From assembly GCA_963754655.1 (NCBI GenBank), contig CAVWGN010000001.1, positions 800,001-864,000 on the forward strand: a stretch of 64,000 nt of DNA, written 5' to 3'. This document shows, piece by piece, positions 50,096 through 60,571 of the stretch. Positions within the stretch are counted from its first letter, which is position 1. Each line of letters opens with the position of its first letter. This DNA is from an uncultured Chlamydiae bacterium (GTDB lineage Bacteria; Chlamydiota; Chlamydiia; Chlamydiales; Parachlamydiaceae). Below the pieces are notes generated by a model. It was not told the DNA's origin. It saw only the letters and a program-made list of their open reading frames with translations, and did no database searches. The position numbers were made by a program, and so were the translations under genes.

Positions 50096-51280
50096 ATGAA
50101 TTGCTATCTTTTTCACTTCCAGAGTCTATTTTTCCTTACGTTCCTTTCTACCCTTTTCCTTGGTTGCCATCAGGAAAAGCCAGCTCCCCACATTCCTTCC
50201 ATTGAGGTAGCTGTTGAAAAAATAGAGCATAAAACAATTCCAGCAGTTTTTGAATACATTGGAGTCATTCAGAGTTCACATGAGGTTGAAATTCGCGCTC
50301 GAGTCACGGGTTATTTAGAAACCATTGGTTATCTTGAAGGATCCTATGTTCAAAAAGGCGATTTACTCTTTCAGCTTGATCCCAGGCCTTTTCAAGCAGG
50401 CCTCGCTAAAGCTCGAGCCCAGCTGGCAAGAGAGCAGGCGGTTGTCTGGCAGGCAGAGCGTGCAGTCAAGCGTTTTACCCCTCTTTATGAGCAAAAAGCA
50501 GCTAGTCAGCGTGACTTGGATAATGCCATTGCTTCGCAAATGTCGGCGCAAGCTCAAGTGATGGAAGCTCAAGCTCAAGTCGCTGATGCTGACATTAATC
50601 TGAGTTATACGACCATTCGATCACCTGTCAGTGGTTTAGCATCTCAAGCAAAGTATCGTGTCGGATCCTTAATTTCTCCTGCACAGGACTTGCTGACGAC
50701 AGTCTCGGTCTTAGATCCCATTTGGGTGAATTTTAGTGTATCTGAGCAAGATATTCTATCAAGTCAAGATGAAATAAGTAAGGGAACGTTGATTTTTCCT
50801 CCGCATGAGGAATTTCAAATTGAACTCATTCTCGCCGATCAAACTGTTTTTCCTGAAAAAGGGATCGTCAATTTTGCCTCTCCTTCTTATAGCCAAAAAA
50901 CAGGTACTCTCATGGTGCGCGCTGTTTTACCCAATCCACGTGAGATCTTACGACCTGGCCAATTTGTCCGAGTAAAAATTTATGGGGCCACAAGACCCAA
51001 TGCCATTGTTGTTCCACAGCAGGCTGTGCAACAAGGCCAAAATGGATCGTTTGTCTTTATTGTCAATGCTCACAATCAGGCCGAAGTGCGACTCATTGAT
51101 CCAGGTCCATGGGAGGGAGACAATTGGGTCATTTGGAAAGGACTAAACGCTGGCGATTTAGTGATTGTCAGTGGTGTCAATAAAGTCTTGCCCGGTTCTC
51201 CGGTTAAAGTCATCAAAGAAGTGAAGGTTCCAGAAGAACAAAAGAAGGTAGAAAAGCAAATAGGAAATCCCAGCATATGA
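50096..51280 (+). CDS. RND efflux periplasmic adaptor (AcrA-like lipoprotein)
   Basis: LFLGC lipobox, VEIRARVTG, LFQLDPRPF, IRSPVSG, LRPGQFV. Confidence 0.93.
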   Translation: MNCYLFHFQSLFFLTFLSTLFLGCHQEKPAPHIPSIEVAVEKIEHKTIPAVFEYIGVIQSSHEVEIRARVTGYLETIGYLEGSYVQKGDLLFQLDPRPFQAGLAKARAQLAREQAVVWQAERAVKRFTPLYEQKAASQRDLDNAIASQMSAQAQVMEAQAQVADADINLSYTTIRSPVSGLASQAKYRVGSLISPAQDLLTTVSVLDPIWVNFSVSEQDILSSQDEISKGTLIFPPHEEFQIELILADQTVFPEKGIVNFASPSYSQKTGTLMVRAVLPNPREILRPGQFVRVKIYGATRPNAIVVPQQAVQQGQNGSFVFIVNAHNQAEVRLIDPGPWEGDNWVIWKGLNAGDLVIVSGVNKVLPGSPVKVIKEVKVPEEQKKVEKQIGNPSI

Positions 51281-54200
51281 TTTCAAGCTTTTTTATTGAC
51301 CGACCCGTTTTTGCATGTGTGCTTTCTATTCTCATTACATTGGCTGGTCTTTTTGCTTTGAAAGCGCTTGCCCATCGAGCAATATCCCAATATTACTCCT
51401 CCTCAAATTCAAGTGTCTGCTACTTATACCGGTGCAGATGCCATGACGACCGCTACCAGTGTTGCAGCACCTTTGGAGCAGCAGATCAATGGCGTCGATA
51501 ACATGATTTATATGTATTCTCAGAATTCTTCGACTGGAAATATGATCCTTAGCATTTTTTTTGATATTGGCACTGATATCAACATGGCGCAAGTGAATGT
51601 GCAGAATCGCGTGAGTATGGCCATGCCTCAGTTACCTGCAGCAGGTACAATATCAAGGAATTATGCTAAAAAAACAAACGCCGACGATTCTTATGCTGAT
51701 AGCTGTTCAATCACCAGATGGGCGCTATGATAATGTCTTTATCAGTAACTATACTCAAATTAATGTCGTTAATGAATTATTGCGCTTGCCGGGAGTCAGT
51801 AATGCCACCATTATCAATGCTCGCAATTATTCCATGCGAATTTGGTTAAGACCCGATCGCTTAGCTCAGCTTCAATTAACAGCTGAAGATGTCGTCGATG
51901 CCATTCGTGAGCAAAATAAAGATTTTACAGCGGGAATGTTAGGCATGCCTCCCATGGCTGCCACTATCAAAATGACAGTGCCTATGACAGGACAAGGCCG
52001 CGTAGACGATCCAAAAGAATATGAGAACATGATTCTGCGCGCCAATCAAGATGGCTCATTTGTCAAAATTAAAGATGTGGGCTATGTCGAGCTAGGCGCT
52101 CAATCCTATGACATTGATGGAAAATTGGATGGTCAAGATGCCATGCTCATTGCGGTTTATCAAGAGTTTGGCGCCAATGCCTTGGATGTTGCCCATGAAG
52201 TCAAGAAAAAGATGACGGAAGCTGCCAAGTACTTTCCTTCAGGATTAGGGTATTCCATTCCGTACGATACAACCGATTTTATCAAACAATCAATTACGGA
52301 AGTCATCAAAACAATTTTTGAAGCAGCTTTTCTTGTCTCTTTAGTCGTTTTAATTTTTCTTCAGAATTGGCGTGCCACTCTTGTTCCCGTTATTGCCATG
52401 GTAGTCTCCATTATTGGAACCTTTGCTGGCATGCACGTGATGGGATTTTCTTTGAATACGCTGACACTTTTTGGATTAGTGCTTGCCATTGGAATAGTAG
52501 TGGATGATGCCATCGTCGTGATCGAAAATGTTGAACGTAATATGCGAGAACTCAAGATGTCTCCTCGCGAAGCAGCACATAAAGCGATGAAAGAAGTCTC
52601 TGGTCCTGTAGTCGCTATTGTTTTTGTCCTATGTGCTGTTTTTATTCCCGTTGCTTTTCTTGGAGGAATCGCAGGTCAGTTGTATAAGCAATTTGCCATT
52701 ACCATTTCAGTCTCTGTTGTGATTTCCGGAATCGTTGCTTTGACATTAAGCCCTTCTTTAGCAGCCATTCTATTAAAACCGGAGATCTCGACCTCTCGCT
52801 TTGCCAACTGGTTTAATCGCAATTTTGATAAATTCACGAATGGTTATGTGAAGGGGGCGCAATGGATTCTTTCCCATGCATGGGTCGGTTTGCTGATTTT
52901 TGCGGCTGTCATCGGAACTTTAGTTTTCTTGGCGAAGACAATTCCCACAGCTTTCGTTCCCGATGAAGATCAAGGATATGTCATTGCAGTTGCCAATATG
53001 CCAGATGCGGCTAGCTTAGATCGCACCAATGTGGTCGATCAAGAAGTCACAAAAATTGCGTTAAATCAACCTGGCGTTGACCATGTTACTTCATTGACAG
53101 GATTTAGCTTACTTGAAAGTTTAAATCGCATTCAAATTGGAACAAATTTTATTACTTTAAAAGACTGGAATGCGCGCAAAGCTCCTTCTTTGCAAGCGAG
53201 TGCGATTGCCAATGCTTTAAATCATCGATATTTCCTTGTTCCACAATCCAACATCTTTGTTTTTAATCCTCCTGCTATTCAGGGTCTTGGAACTGTAGGC
53301 GGATTTGAGTTTTGGATTGAAAGCCGTGGGGATGCCGATATCCAAAAATTGGAAGAGGTGACGCGCGATGTCATTAAAAAAGCGAGCGAGCGACCTGAAT
53401 TACAAGGACTTTCTAGTGCAATTCAAACCAATAACTTGCAGCTATACATTGACTTAGACCGCTACAAGACGCGCTCGCTGCATGTCCCTATTGGCAATGT
53501 TTTGAGTACTTTGCAAATTTTTTTTGGATCACTTTATGTCAACTTATTCAACAAATTTGGCCAGGTCTTTCAGGTCACTGTTCAATCAGATCCTGAATAT
53601 CGCGCTGTGATTCAAAACTTAGGCGACATGTATGTTCGTTCCGATACTCAAGAAATGATTCCTCTAAAAGCCTTAATGTCCACGCATTATTCCCAAGGGC
53701 CTAACTTAGTCAGCCGCTTTAATGGTTATACGGCCTCTAAAATCATTGGAAGCGCGGCGCCGGGTTATAGCTCTGGCCAGGCCATGGCAGCCATGGCAGA
53801 GGTTGCTCAAGAGGTCATGCCTGATCAAATGGTATCTGCTTGGAGTGGTCAAGCTTATCAAGAGCTTGCAATGGGAGGGACCTCCATGGGAATCTTGCTA
53901 GTCGGTGTACTAATGGTTTTTCTCATTCTTTCTGCTCTTTATGAGCGCTGGTCGCTTCCCTTTGCAGTCATTTTAGCTGTTCCCTTTGGAATGATGGGAG
54001 CCTTTGTTGCTATCTGGATTAGGGGTATTTCAAATGATGTGTATTTTGATGTTGGGCTTGTCACTTTGATTGCTCTGGCTGCCAAAAATGCCATTTTAAT
54101 TGTGGAATTTGCCATTCTGAAGCGGCAAGAAGGACTATCTGTCGCTGAAGCGGCCATTGAAGCTGCAAAATTGCGTTTTAGAGCCATCTTAATGACTTCT

Positions 54201-54437
54201 CTAACGTTTATTTTGGGTGTCGTGCCCCTCCTGATTAGCAAAGGAGCAGGTGCTGCTAGCCGGCACTCAGTTGGAACTGGAGTTTTTGGCGGCATGATTG
54301 CCGCTACTATTTTAGCGGTTTTTCTCGTTCCTCTTTTCTATAAGCTTATTGATCAAGTTGTAGAAAAGCGCGAAAAGCGTAAAAAGAAAGAGGGGAGAAG
54401 AGAACCAGCTGCTGCACTAGAAAAAGCAGAAATTTAA
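51277..54437 (+). pseudogene. RND efflux permease (AcrB/MexF-like) with two +1 frameshifts near the 5' end
   Basis: FFIDRPVFA, PIEQYP and later AIGIVVDDAIVVIENVER fall in three successive frames; shifts at about 51367 and 51643. Confidence 0.85.
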
Positions 54438-54438
54438 T

Positions 54439-56004
54439 TTGGATGTTAGAATGCGTATTTCTCATCAGAAAAGTAAGCTTTTCTTTGGCTTCTGCTTGAT
54501 AACCCTTTTCTTCTTTTTTTTGCACTCTTGTAGTTTTGCTCCACGCTATCAGCGTCCCTGCATGGAAATGCCGGAACATTGGCGTGTGACTAGCGATGAG
54601 ACTGAAACAGTGGTCAATGCCAGGTGGTGGGAGCAATTCGAAGATCCGGTTTTAAATGAACTTATCGAAGAGGCATTAGAGAGTAATAAAGATTTGCGTG
54701 TGGCGACGGCACGCATCGCGCAATTTCAAGCGCAATTGGGAATTATCAGCTCGCAATTGTATCCGCAAATTTATGCCCAAGGGAGCGTAACTAGGCAAAG
54801 AACATCTCAAACTTTAGCTGGGGACCAGACTTTTTCTAATTCTTCTTCCTCATCTGGTGCCGAGCAAGGAGGGGGAGCGTTAGCAGGCCTTTTTCCCGAT
54901 CTTAGTCAATTATTTCCAATCTACAGCAATGACTATCGCGCAGTTTTGACAGCGGCTTATGAAGTCGATTTATGGGGAAAGATTCGCAACGCAACCGATG
55001 CTTCTTTTGCAGAGCTTTTAGGTCAAGTGGATGCACGAAGAACGGTCATTTTAACAGTTATCACCTCAGTGGCTACCTCTTATATCTTGTTGAGGCAATA
55101 TGATCTTCAACTTCGAGTTTCCATACAAACTTTGAACTCAAGGGAAGAGTCATACAAATTAGCTCAAGTGCGTTTTAAAGAAGGCTTGACCTCCGAACTT
55201 GAAGTTGCGCAATCTGCTGCAGAGCGCGATCAAGCTGCCATTCAAGTGATTCAATTCCAAACACTCATTCCGCAACAAGAAAACTTGCTCAGCGTGTTAA
55301 TTGGCCATCCTCCCGCTATTATTAAACGGGGCTTGGCTGTTTATGACTGGCCGTTGCCGCCTCAGGTGCCAGGAGGATTGCCTGCTGATTTGCTTGAACA
55401 AAGGCCTGACATCTTGCAGGCAGAAGAGCAAATCATTGCTGCCAATTTCCGCATTGGAGAAGCACGTGCCCTTTATTTTCCAGATCTGACTTTAACGGGC
55501 TACTATGGTTATGAAAGCGCGGAGCTACATGAACTCTTTACCAATCCTTCAAGAACATGGCAATGGATGGCTAACCTTTTGCAGCCGATTTTTACGGGAT
55601 GGAGAATTACAAGCACAGTCGATTTAGCAGAAGCGGTGAAGGAAGAAGGGGTCTATAATTATTTGCAAGTCGTGCTTACCGCACTTCAAGAAGTCGATGA
55701 TGCTTTAATTGCGCACAAGAATACCAAAGAAGCTGTAGCTGTGGAAAAGATGCGCGTAAAAGATTTACAGCTTTACTTACATTTGGCAAGCTTACAATAT
55801 CAAAATGGCCTTGTCGATTACTTAAACGTTTTAGATGCTGAACGACGCCTATTTTCAGCTCAATTGGATCTTGCTAAAGGCCAAGCTGACGTTTTCATCA
55901 CTTTGGTAAATATTTATAAGGCATTGGGCGGAGGATGGGTCGTCGATGCAGAAAATCTTATGAAAGAAGAATGGGAAATATCTAATTCAGAGCCAAAAAA
56001 TTGA
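54439..56004 (+). CDS. RND outer-membrane factor (OprM/NodT-type lipoprotein)
   Basis: LHSC lipobox, WWEQFEDPVL, YEVDLWGK, LLEQRPDI, YKALGGGW. Confidence 0.93.
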   Translation: MDVRMRISHQKSKLFFGFCLITLFFFFLHSCSFAPRYQRPCMEMPEHWRVTSDETETVVNARWWEQFEDPVLNELIEEALESNKDLRVATARIAQFQAQLGIISSQLYPQIYAQGSVTRQRTSQTLAGDQTFSNSSSSSGAEQGGGALAGLFPDLSQLFPIYSNDYRAVLTAAYEVDLWGKIRNATDASFAELLGQVDARRTVILTVITSVATSYILLRQYDLQLRVSIQTLNSREESYKLAQVRFKEGLTSELEVAQSAAERDQAAIQVIQFQTLIPQQENLLSVLIGHPPAIIKRGLAVYDWPLPPQVPGGLPADLLEQRPDILQAEEQIIAANFRIGEARALYFPDLTLTGYYGYESAELHELFTNPSRTWQWMANLLQPIFTGWRITSTVDLAEAVKEEGVYNYLQVVLTALQEVDDALIAHKNTKEAVAVEKMRVKDLQLYLHLASLQYQNGLVDYLNVLDAERRLFSAQLDLAKGQADVFITLVNIYKALGGGWVVDAENLMKEEWEISNSEPKN

Positions 56005-56052
56005 GGACATTAGTTGCATAACGCATCCAAATTTGTTTAATTTGATGACATT

Positions 56053-56111
56053 GGGCAACGCCCTAGGGTTGAGTAAGTTGTGTCATGCAGCCTGAAGGGC
56101 TGCAAGTGTCA
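56053..56111. repeat. REP-like repeat, copy of 60463-60521
   Basis: GGGCAACGCCCT(A/G)GGGTTGAGTAAGTTGTGTCATGCAGCCTGAAGGGCTGCAAGTGTCA. Confidence 0.85.
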
Positions 56112-56126
56112 GATTCTTCTTCCTAT

Positions 56127-57992
56127 CTAAAAAGATCCCAGGACGCAAAGAGGTAGTGCTTTCTTGAAATCTTGAATCCCCTTATTGGTAATCTTCCCGA
56201 TGCGACAAGGTAAAATCAAGGACTGGAGAGCAGAAAGCGACTGAAGATGTTTGAGTCCATTGTCACTAATCTCTGTGCAGAGGCCTAAATCCAAAGACTG
56301 GAGGACAGAAAGCGACTGAAGATGTTTGAGTCCATGATCGGTAATATTGATGCAACCGCTTATATTCAAAGATTGAAGAGCAGTAAGAGTCCCAATATCT
56401 TGCAACCCATTATTGGTAATCTTGTTGCAATAGGTTAAATTCAATGACTTAAGAGCAGAAAATTCCGGAAAATATTCCATTCCATTATTGGTAATTTGAT
56501 AGCAGTAGCTTAAATCCAAAGACTCCAGATCAGAAAGTATCTTAAGGTGCCTTAATCCATTGTCGGTAATCAGATTGCAATAGCTTAAATTCAAAGATTG
56601 GAGAGCAGACAGTATCTTAAGGTGCCCTAATCCATTGTCGGTAATCAGATTGCAATAGGTTAAATTCAAAGATTGGAGAGCAGAAAACGCTTGGAGATGA
56701 AACAGCCCATTATCGTTAATCTGATTGCAGTAGGTTAAATCCAAAGACTGCAGAGCAGAACACTTTTGGAGATGTTGAAGCCCATTATTGTTAATCTTGT
56801 TGCAATAGCCTAAATTTAAAGATTGAAGAGAAGTTAAAGGCTGCAGATTTTGCAATCCCTGATTAGTAATCTGATTACAGAAGTATAAATTCAAATACCG
56901 GAGAGCAGAAAACGGCTGTAAATGTAATAGCCCATTATCGCTAATATGTTGGCAGCGGCTTAAATCCAAAGATTGGAGATTAGAAAGCGCTCTGAGATTT
57001 TGCAGCCCATTATCGCTAATCTCACACCCCGTTAAATTCAAGGATTGCAAATGAGAAAGAGTTTGAAGATGCAGCAGTCCATTATTGGTCACTTGATTGC
57101 AGAAGTCTAAATTCAACGATTGCAAATTAGAAAGAGCCTGAAGATGCTTCAAATCTTTATTAGTAATTTGTGTGCACCCACTTAAATTCAAAAATTCTAA
57201 ACCTTTAGGTAAAAGTTTTAAATTCACTGGATCAAAGGAAATTGTTTTACTTAAGTTTAACTCTTTAAGGTTTGGGCAAACACTGAGAACCTTCTGCAAT
57301 TCTTCATCTGTTAAATTCATATTTTCTAGATTAAGCTTTGTTAAATAAGCACCTGAAAGTTCCACTAAATGCAATATTATACCTTTAGTTTTTAGGGTAG
57401 GGGGAATGGAACCTCCTTCTAGTAAAGAAGCAACCAAATTGGGAGTTAAGCAAATATCTTGAAAGGATTTATTAACAAAGCATAAGTTTTTCCAATTTGC
57501 AAAATCTAATGAGCGAAAAATGCTAACTAAAACATCTGCTGGTAAACTATCAATAAAATTGCCTTCTTTTTCATTGTCCTCTGGCAGAATGTTATCTAGT
57601 TCTCTGTCCTCGGGTTGAACATTATCTTGGCCTAGGACTATTTTTTTGATTTCTGAATTTTCTTCTCCATATTTGTCTTCAACTGGCTTATAGACTTTCT
57701 CGCTCAGCTTTTCTGTTACTTTTTGATCAGCCTTAGGAGATTGGATTATTCTTGGTTCTCTTCGATCTTTTTGCGGAGAAAATGATACTTTCTCTCCTAA
57801 ATCTTGTGGTTCATCATCATTTGAAGATTTTTTGCAAAAATAATAACATGCTAGAAAGCAGGCAGCTAAGAATGCAAAAGCAATGAAAGCAACAAAGCAG
57901 ATTTTTTTTTGTTGGGCCTTTAAAGAGGGGGAAATGCTTTCTTTAAAATTAGCAATTGCATAATTAGAAAATGCCTGAAAATAAATTTGCAT
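56127..57992 (-). CDS. Membrane-anchored F-box + leucine-rich-repeat protein
   Basis: IDSLPADVLVSIFRSL...VNKSF F-box; about 14 25-aa LQSLNLxYCNxITxNGL repeats; N-terminal TM. Confidence 0.92.
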   Translation of the reverse strand: MQIYFQAFSNYAIANFKESISPSLKAQQKKICFVAFIAFAFLAACFLACYYFCKKSSNDDEPQDLGEKVSFSPQKDRREPRIIQSPKADQKVTEKLSEKVYKPVEDKYGEENSEIKKIVLGQDNVQPEDRELDNILPEDNEKEGNFIDSLPADVLVSIFRSLDFANWKNLCFVNKSFQDICLTPNLVASLLEGGSIPPTLKTKGIILHLVELSGAYLTKLNLENMNLTDEELQKVLSVCPNLKELNLSKTISFDPVNLKLLPKGLEFLNLSGCTQITNKDLKHLQALSNLQSLNLDFCNQVTNNGLLHLQTLSHLQSLNLTGCEISDNGLQNLRALSNLQSLDLSRCQHISDNGLLHLQPFSALRYLNLYFCNQITNQGLQNLQPLTSLQSLNLGYCNKINNNGLQHLQKCSALQSLDLTYCNQINDNGLFHLQAFSALQSLNLTYCNLITDNGLGHLKILSALQSLNLSYCNLITDNGLRHLKILSDLESLDLSYCYQITNNGMEYFPEFSALKSLNLTYCNKITNNGLQDIGTLTALQSLNISGCINITDHGLKHLQSLSVLQSLDLGLCTEISDNGLKHLQSLSALQSLILPCRIGKITNKGIQDFKKALPLCVLGSF

Positions 57993-58270
57993 ATAAATAC
58001 CTAATAAAATTTGTAATTGAATATTAATCCATTAGTTGATTTATAATATTTGGTTAAACAGTTTTTTTCAACTCATTTCGAAAATCATAGATAATCTCTT
58101 AGAACGATTTAACTAGCATTTTAATTAACTATTCCTAAAATTGCTTGAACTTCCAACATGGAAGGATTATGAATTTCAAGTTATATATTAGCAAGTTTTT
58201 ACGCTCAAAATTTAGTCTTTTTGTTGTTCCACTTTTTCTAATTTTATTTGCGCTTCAGATTTCTATTCTA

Positions 58271-59109
58271 GGGAGCGTACCTAAAAGATTTAAAATAATA
58301 ACTCTTATGATTTATAATTTTCTCTGATAAAACAAGGGGGAAATTTGAATGAGTAGGATAGTATTAACTAATGAAAGATGGATAAAAATAAAACCTTTAT
58401 TGCCAAAAGAACGAGGATATTGGGGCAGACCAAGTCGGCCTCATCGTAAGATTTTAGAAGGCATTATTTGGATTTTAAGAACAGGAGCCGCTTGGAGGGA
58501 TCTACCACCCAAGTATGGTCCTTGGAGCACATGTTATAATCGCTTTAATCGATGGACAAAGGCTGGAATCTGGCAAACGATTTGGCAAGCTTTAAAAGAT
58601 GAAATTGACGAAGAAAATTACTCTGTAGACAGCTCAATTGTTGAAGCGCATCAAGATGCTTGTAGGATAAAAAAAAAGCCGAAGAAGCCATGGGAAAATC
58701 AAGGGCCGGAACAATCACAAAAATTCATGCAGTAACAGATGGATTAGGTCGTTGTATTGATTTTATCTTGACAGAAGGTCAAGTACACGAGAGCACTCAA
58801 ATGAAGCTTTTACTCAGTGGAAAAAATCCACAAATGTTATAGCTGATAAAGCTTACGACTCAAATGAAATCAGAAATTTTATAGAAAAGATGGGAAGTCA
58901 AGCAGTCATACCCAGCAAAGTATCAAGAGCTGAACTAATTGAACATGATAAACATATCTACAGAGAGCGTTGCTTGGTAGAAAATTTTTTTCAGTTTATA
59001 AAACGATTTAGGCGTATTGGAATAAGATACGAAATGAAAGCTCAAAATTATGCAGGAATGTTGACGATCGCTTGTATTATACAATGGTTAATCTTTTAGG
59101 TACGCTCCC
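58271..59109 (+). mobile_element. IS5-family element (IS-A), copy 2; orfB has a 1-bp deletion near 58832
   Basis: Same 20-bp TIRs, CTAG/TA flanks, near identical to 10972-11815. Confidence 0.93.
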
Positions 59110-59155
59110 TAGTACTCAACCACACTAGTTTTGCCCATTGGGACTGCTTCAAAGC
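59109..59155. repeat. Left arm of element A abutting IS-A
   Basis: CTAGTACTCAACCACACTAGTTTTGCCCATTGGGACTGCTTCAAAGC. Confidence 0.8.
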
Positions 59156-59271
59156 TTCAATGTGGAATGATAAAACAAAAAAATATTTAACAACTAATTA
59201 TTAGAATGGTTTTCCTTCTATTTTAAATTAGGTTAGCTTTTTAAAAGAGATTCTTTTAACTGATGGCTCAA

Positions 59272-60549
59272 AATCCAGGGGTTTTTTATTAAAAAATTGA
59301 CACTTGCAGCCCTTCGAGGCTGACAGCAAATTGATAATTTCGGACTATACAATTTATTTTAACTGGTCTTGAGTATATTGTGAGTGGTTTAAAAGTACAA
59401 AAGCCCCAGAAGGCAAGAAATTAACAAAGAACTGTTTTTGGGCTTGATACTTGTTTAGTCAAATTAATATACCAGGTCTGTAAAAGATTTTAGAGGCACT
59501 TTTCCCAAAAATGGCGAGAAAAATATCCTAGGTTATTGTACTTTTAGATCAAGGTCTACTCCTATTGCAAGCTAAGATTCCCTGCCTCAGCCTGAAGGGC
59601 TGTAAGTGCAAAAGCCCAGGGCGTGTTTGAAAAACATTACCAATGTGTGATATAAATTATAATAAACGCAATTATAACCACTCCTCTAAATATTTTTCCT
59701 AACTTATCGTAACGAGTAGCAATTCGTCTAAAAGTTTTTAGTTTTTGGAAAAAATTCTCCACAACCTTTCTTTTTTTATACAAACGCTTGCTATAGGGAA
59801 TTTCATCAGTTCTCTTTGGGTGACTTGGAATGACAGCTCGTTCCTTTCTTTTCATTAAATAGTATCTAATTTCATCTGTATCATAAGCTAGATCTGCTAT
59901 AACATTTTTTGCTCGTTTCCCATTTAATAGAGATTTAGCAAATAAATTATCATTTCTATTTCCAGGAGCAATTTTTACTTTTAATGGTTGCCCTTCAGCA
60001 TTAACTACAACATGAATTCTTGTTGACCAACCACCTTGTGTCTTTCCAATTCCATTAAATGTTTTTCCTCCAAAACCTCCCATTGCATTTTGATGTACTT
60101 TAACACTTGTAGAATCAATAATATGTGATTCGTGGGATGCATTTTTTTTTCAAAACACTCCAAATTTTTGACCAAGTTCCATTTAAGGTCCAGTTATGCA
60201 TTCTTGAATAGATCGTTTGCCAGTGGCCAAATTCAGGGGGCATATCTCTCCAAGGAGCTCCCGTTCTTATAGACCATAAAATCCCTTCTATTACCAACCG
60301 ATCATTTTTTCTAGGTCTTCCCTGTTTACCTGTTTGCGAAGGTAATAATGGACTTAGCTTCTCCCAGTCCTTATCTTTTAAAAACATTCTAGTCATAAAC
60401 ACCTCCTATGGGTCCCTACAACTATTATTATATCATAAATAATCTTTTTAAAACACGCCCCAGGGCAACGCCCTGGGGTTGAGTAAGTTGTGTCATGCAG
60501 CCTGAAGGGCTGCAAGTGTCAAATTTTTTTAATAAAAACTTCCTGGATT
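59272..60549. mobile_element. Element C: inverted arms enclosing REP-like repeats and an intact IS-B
   Basis: 59272-59322 (ATCCAGG...TGACACTTGCAGCCCTTC) is inverse to 60498-60549. Confidence 0.7.
59619..60460 (-). mobile_element. IS5-family element (IS-B), apparently intact, orfA/orfB with A-run frameshift site
   Basis: 21-bp imperfect TIRs GGGCGTGTTT(G/T)AAAA(A/G)..., CA duplication; RTGAPWRD, DSTSVKVH, ADLAYD, RRIATRYDK. Confidence 0.93.
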
Positions 60550-60571
60550 ATCCCGCGTGATTGAGCAAGTC

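Noticed and set aside
56200..57260. Regularly spaced repeats resembling a CRISPR array
   Set aside because: In-frame 75-bp LRR coding repeats; no unique spacers or cas genes
59322..59585. Possible cargo gene inside element C
   Set aside because: No substantial open frame and no recognisable motif
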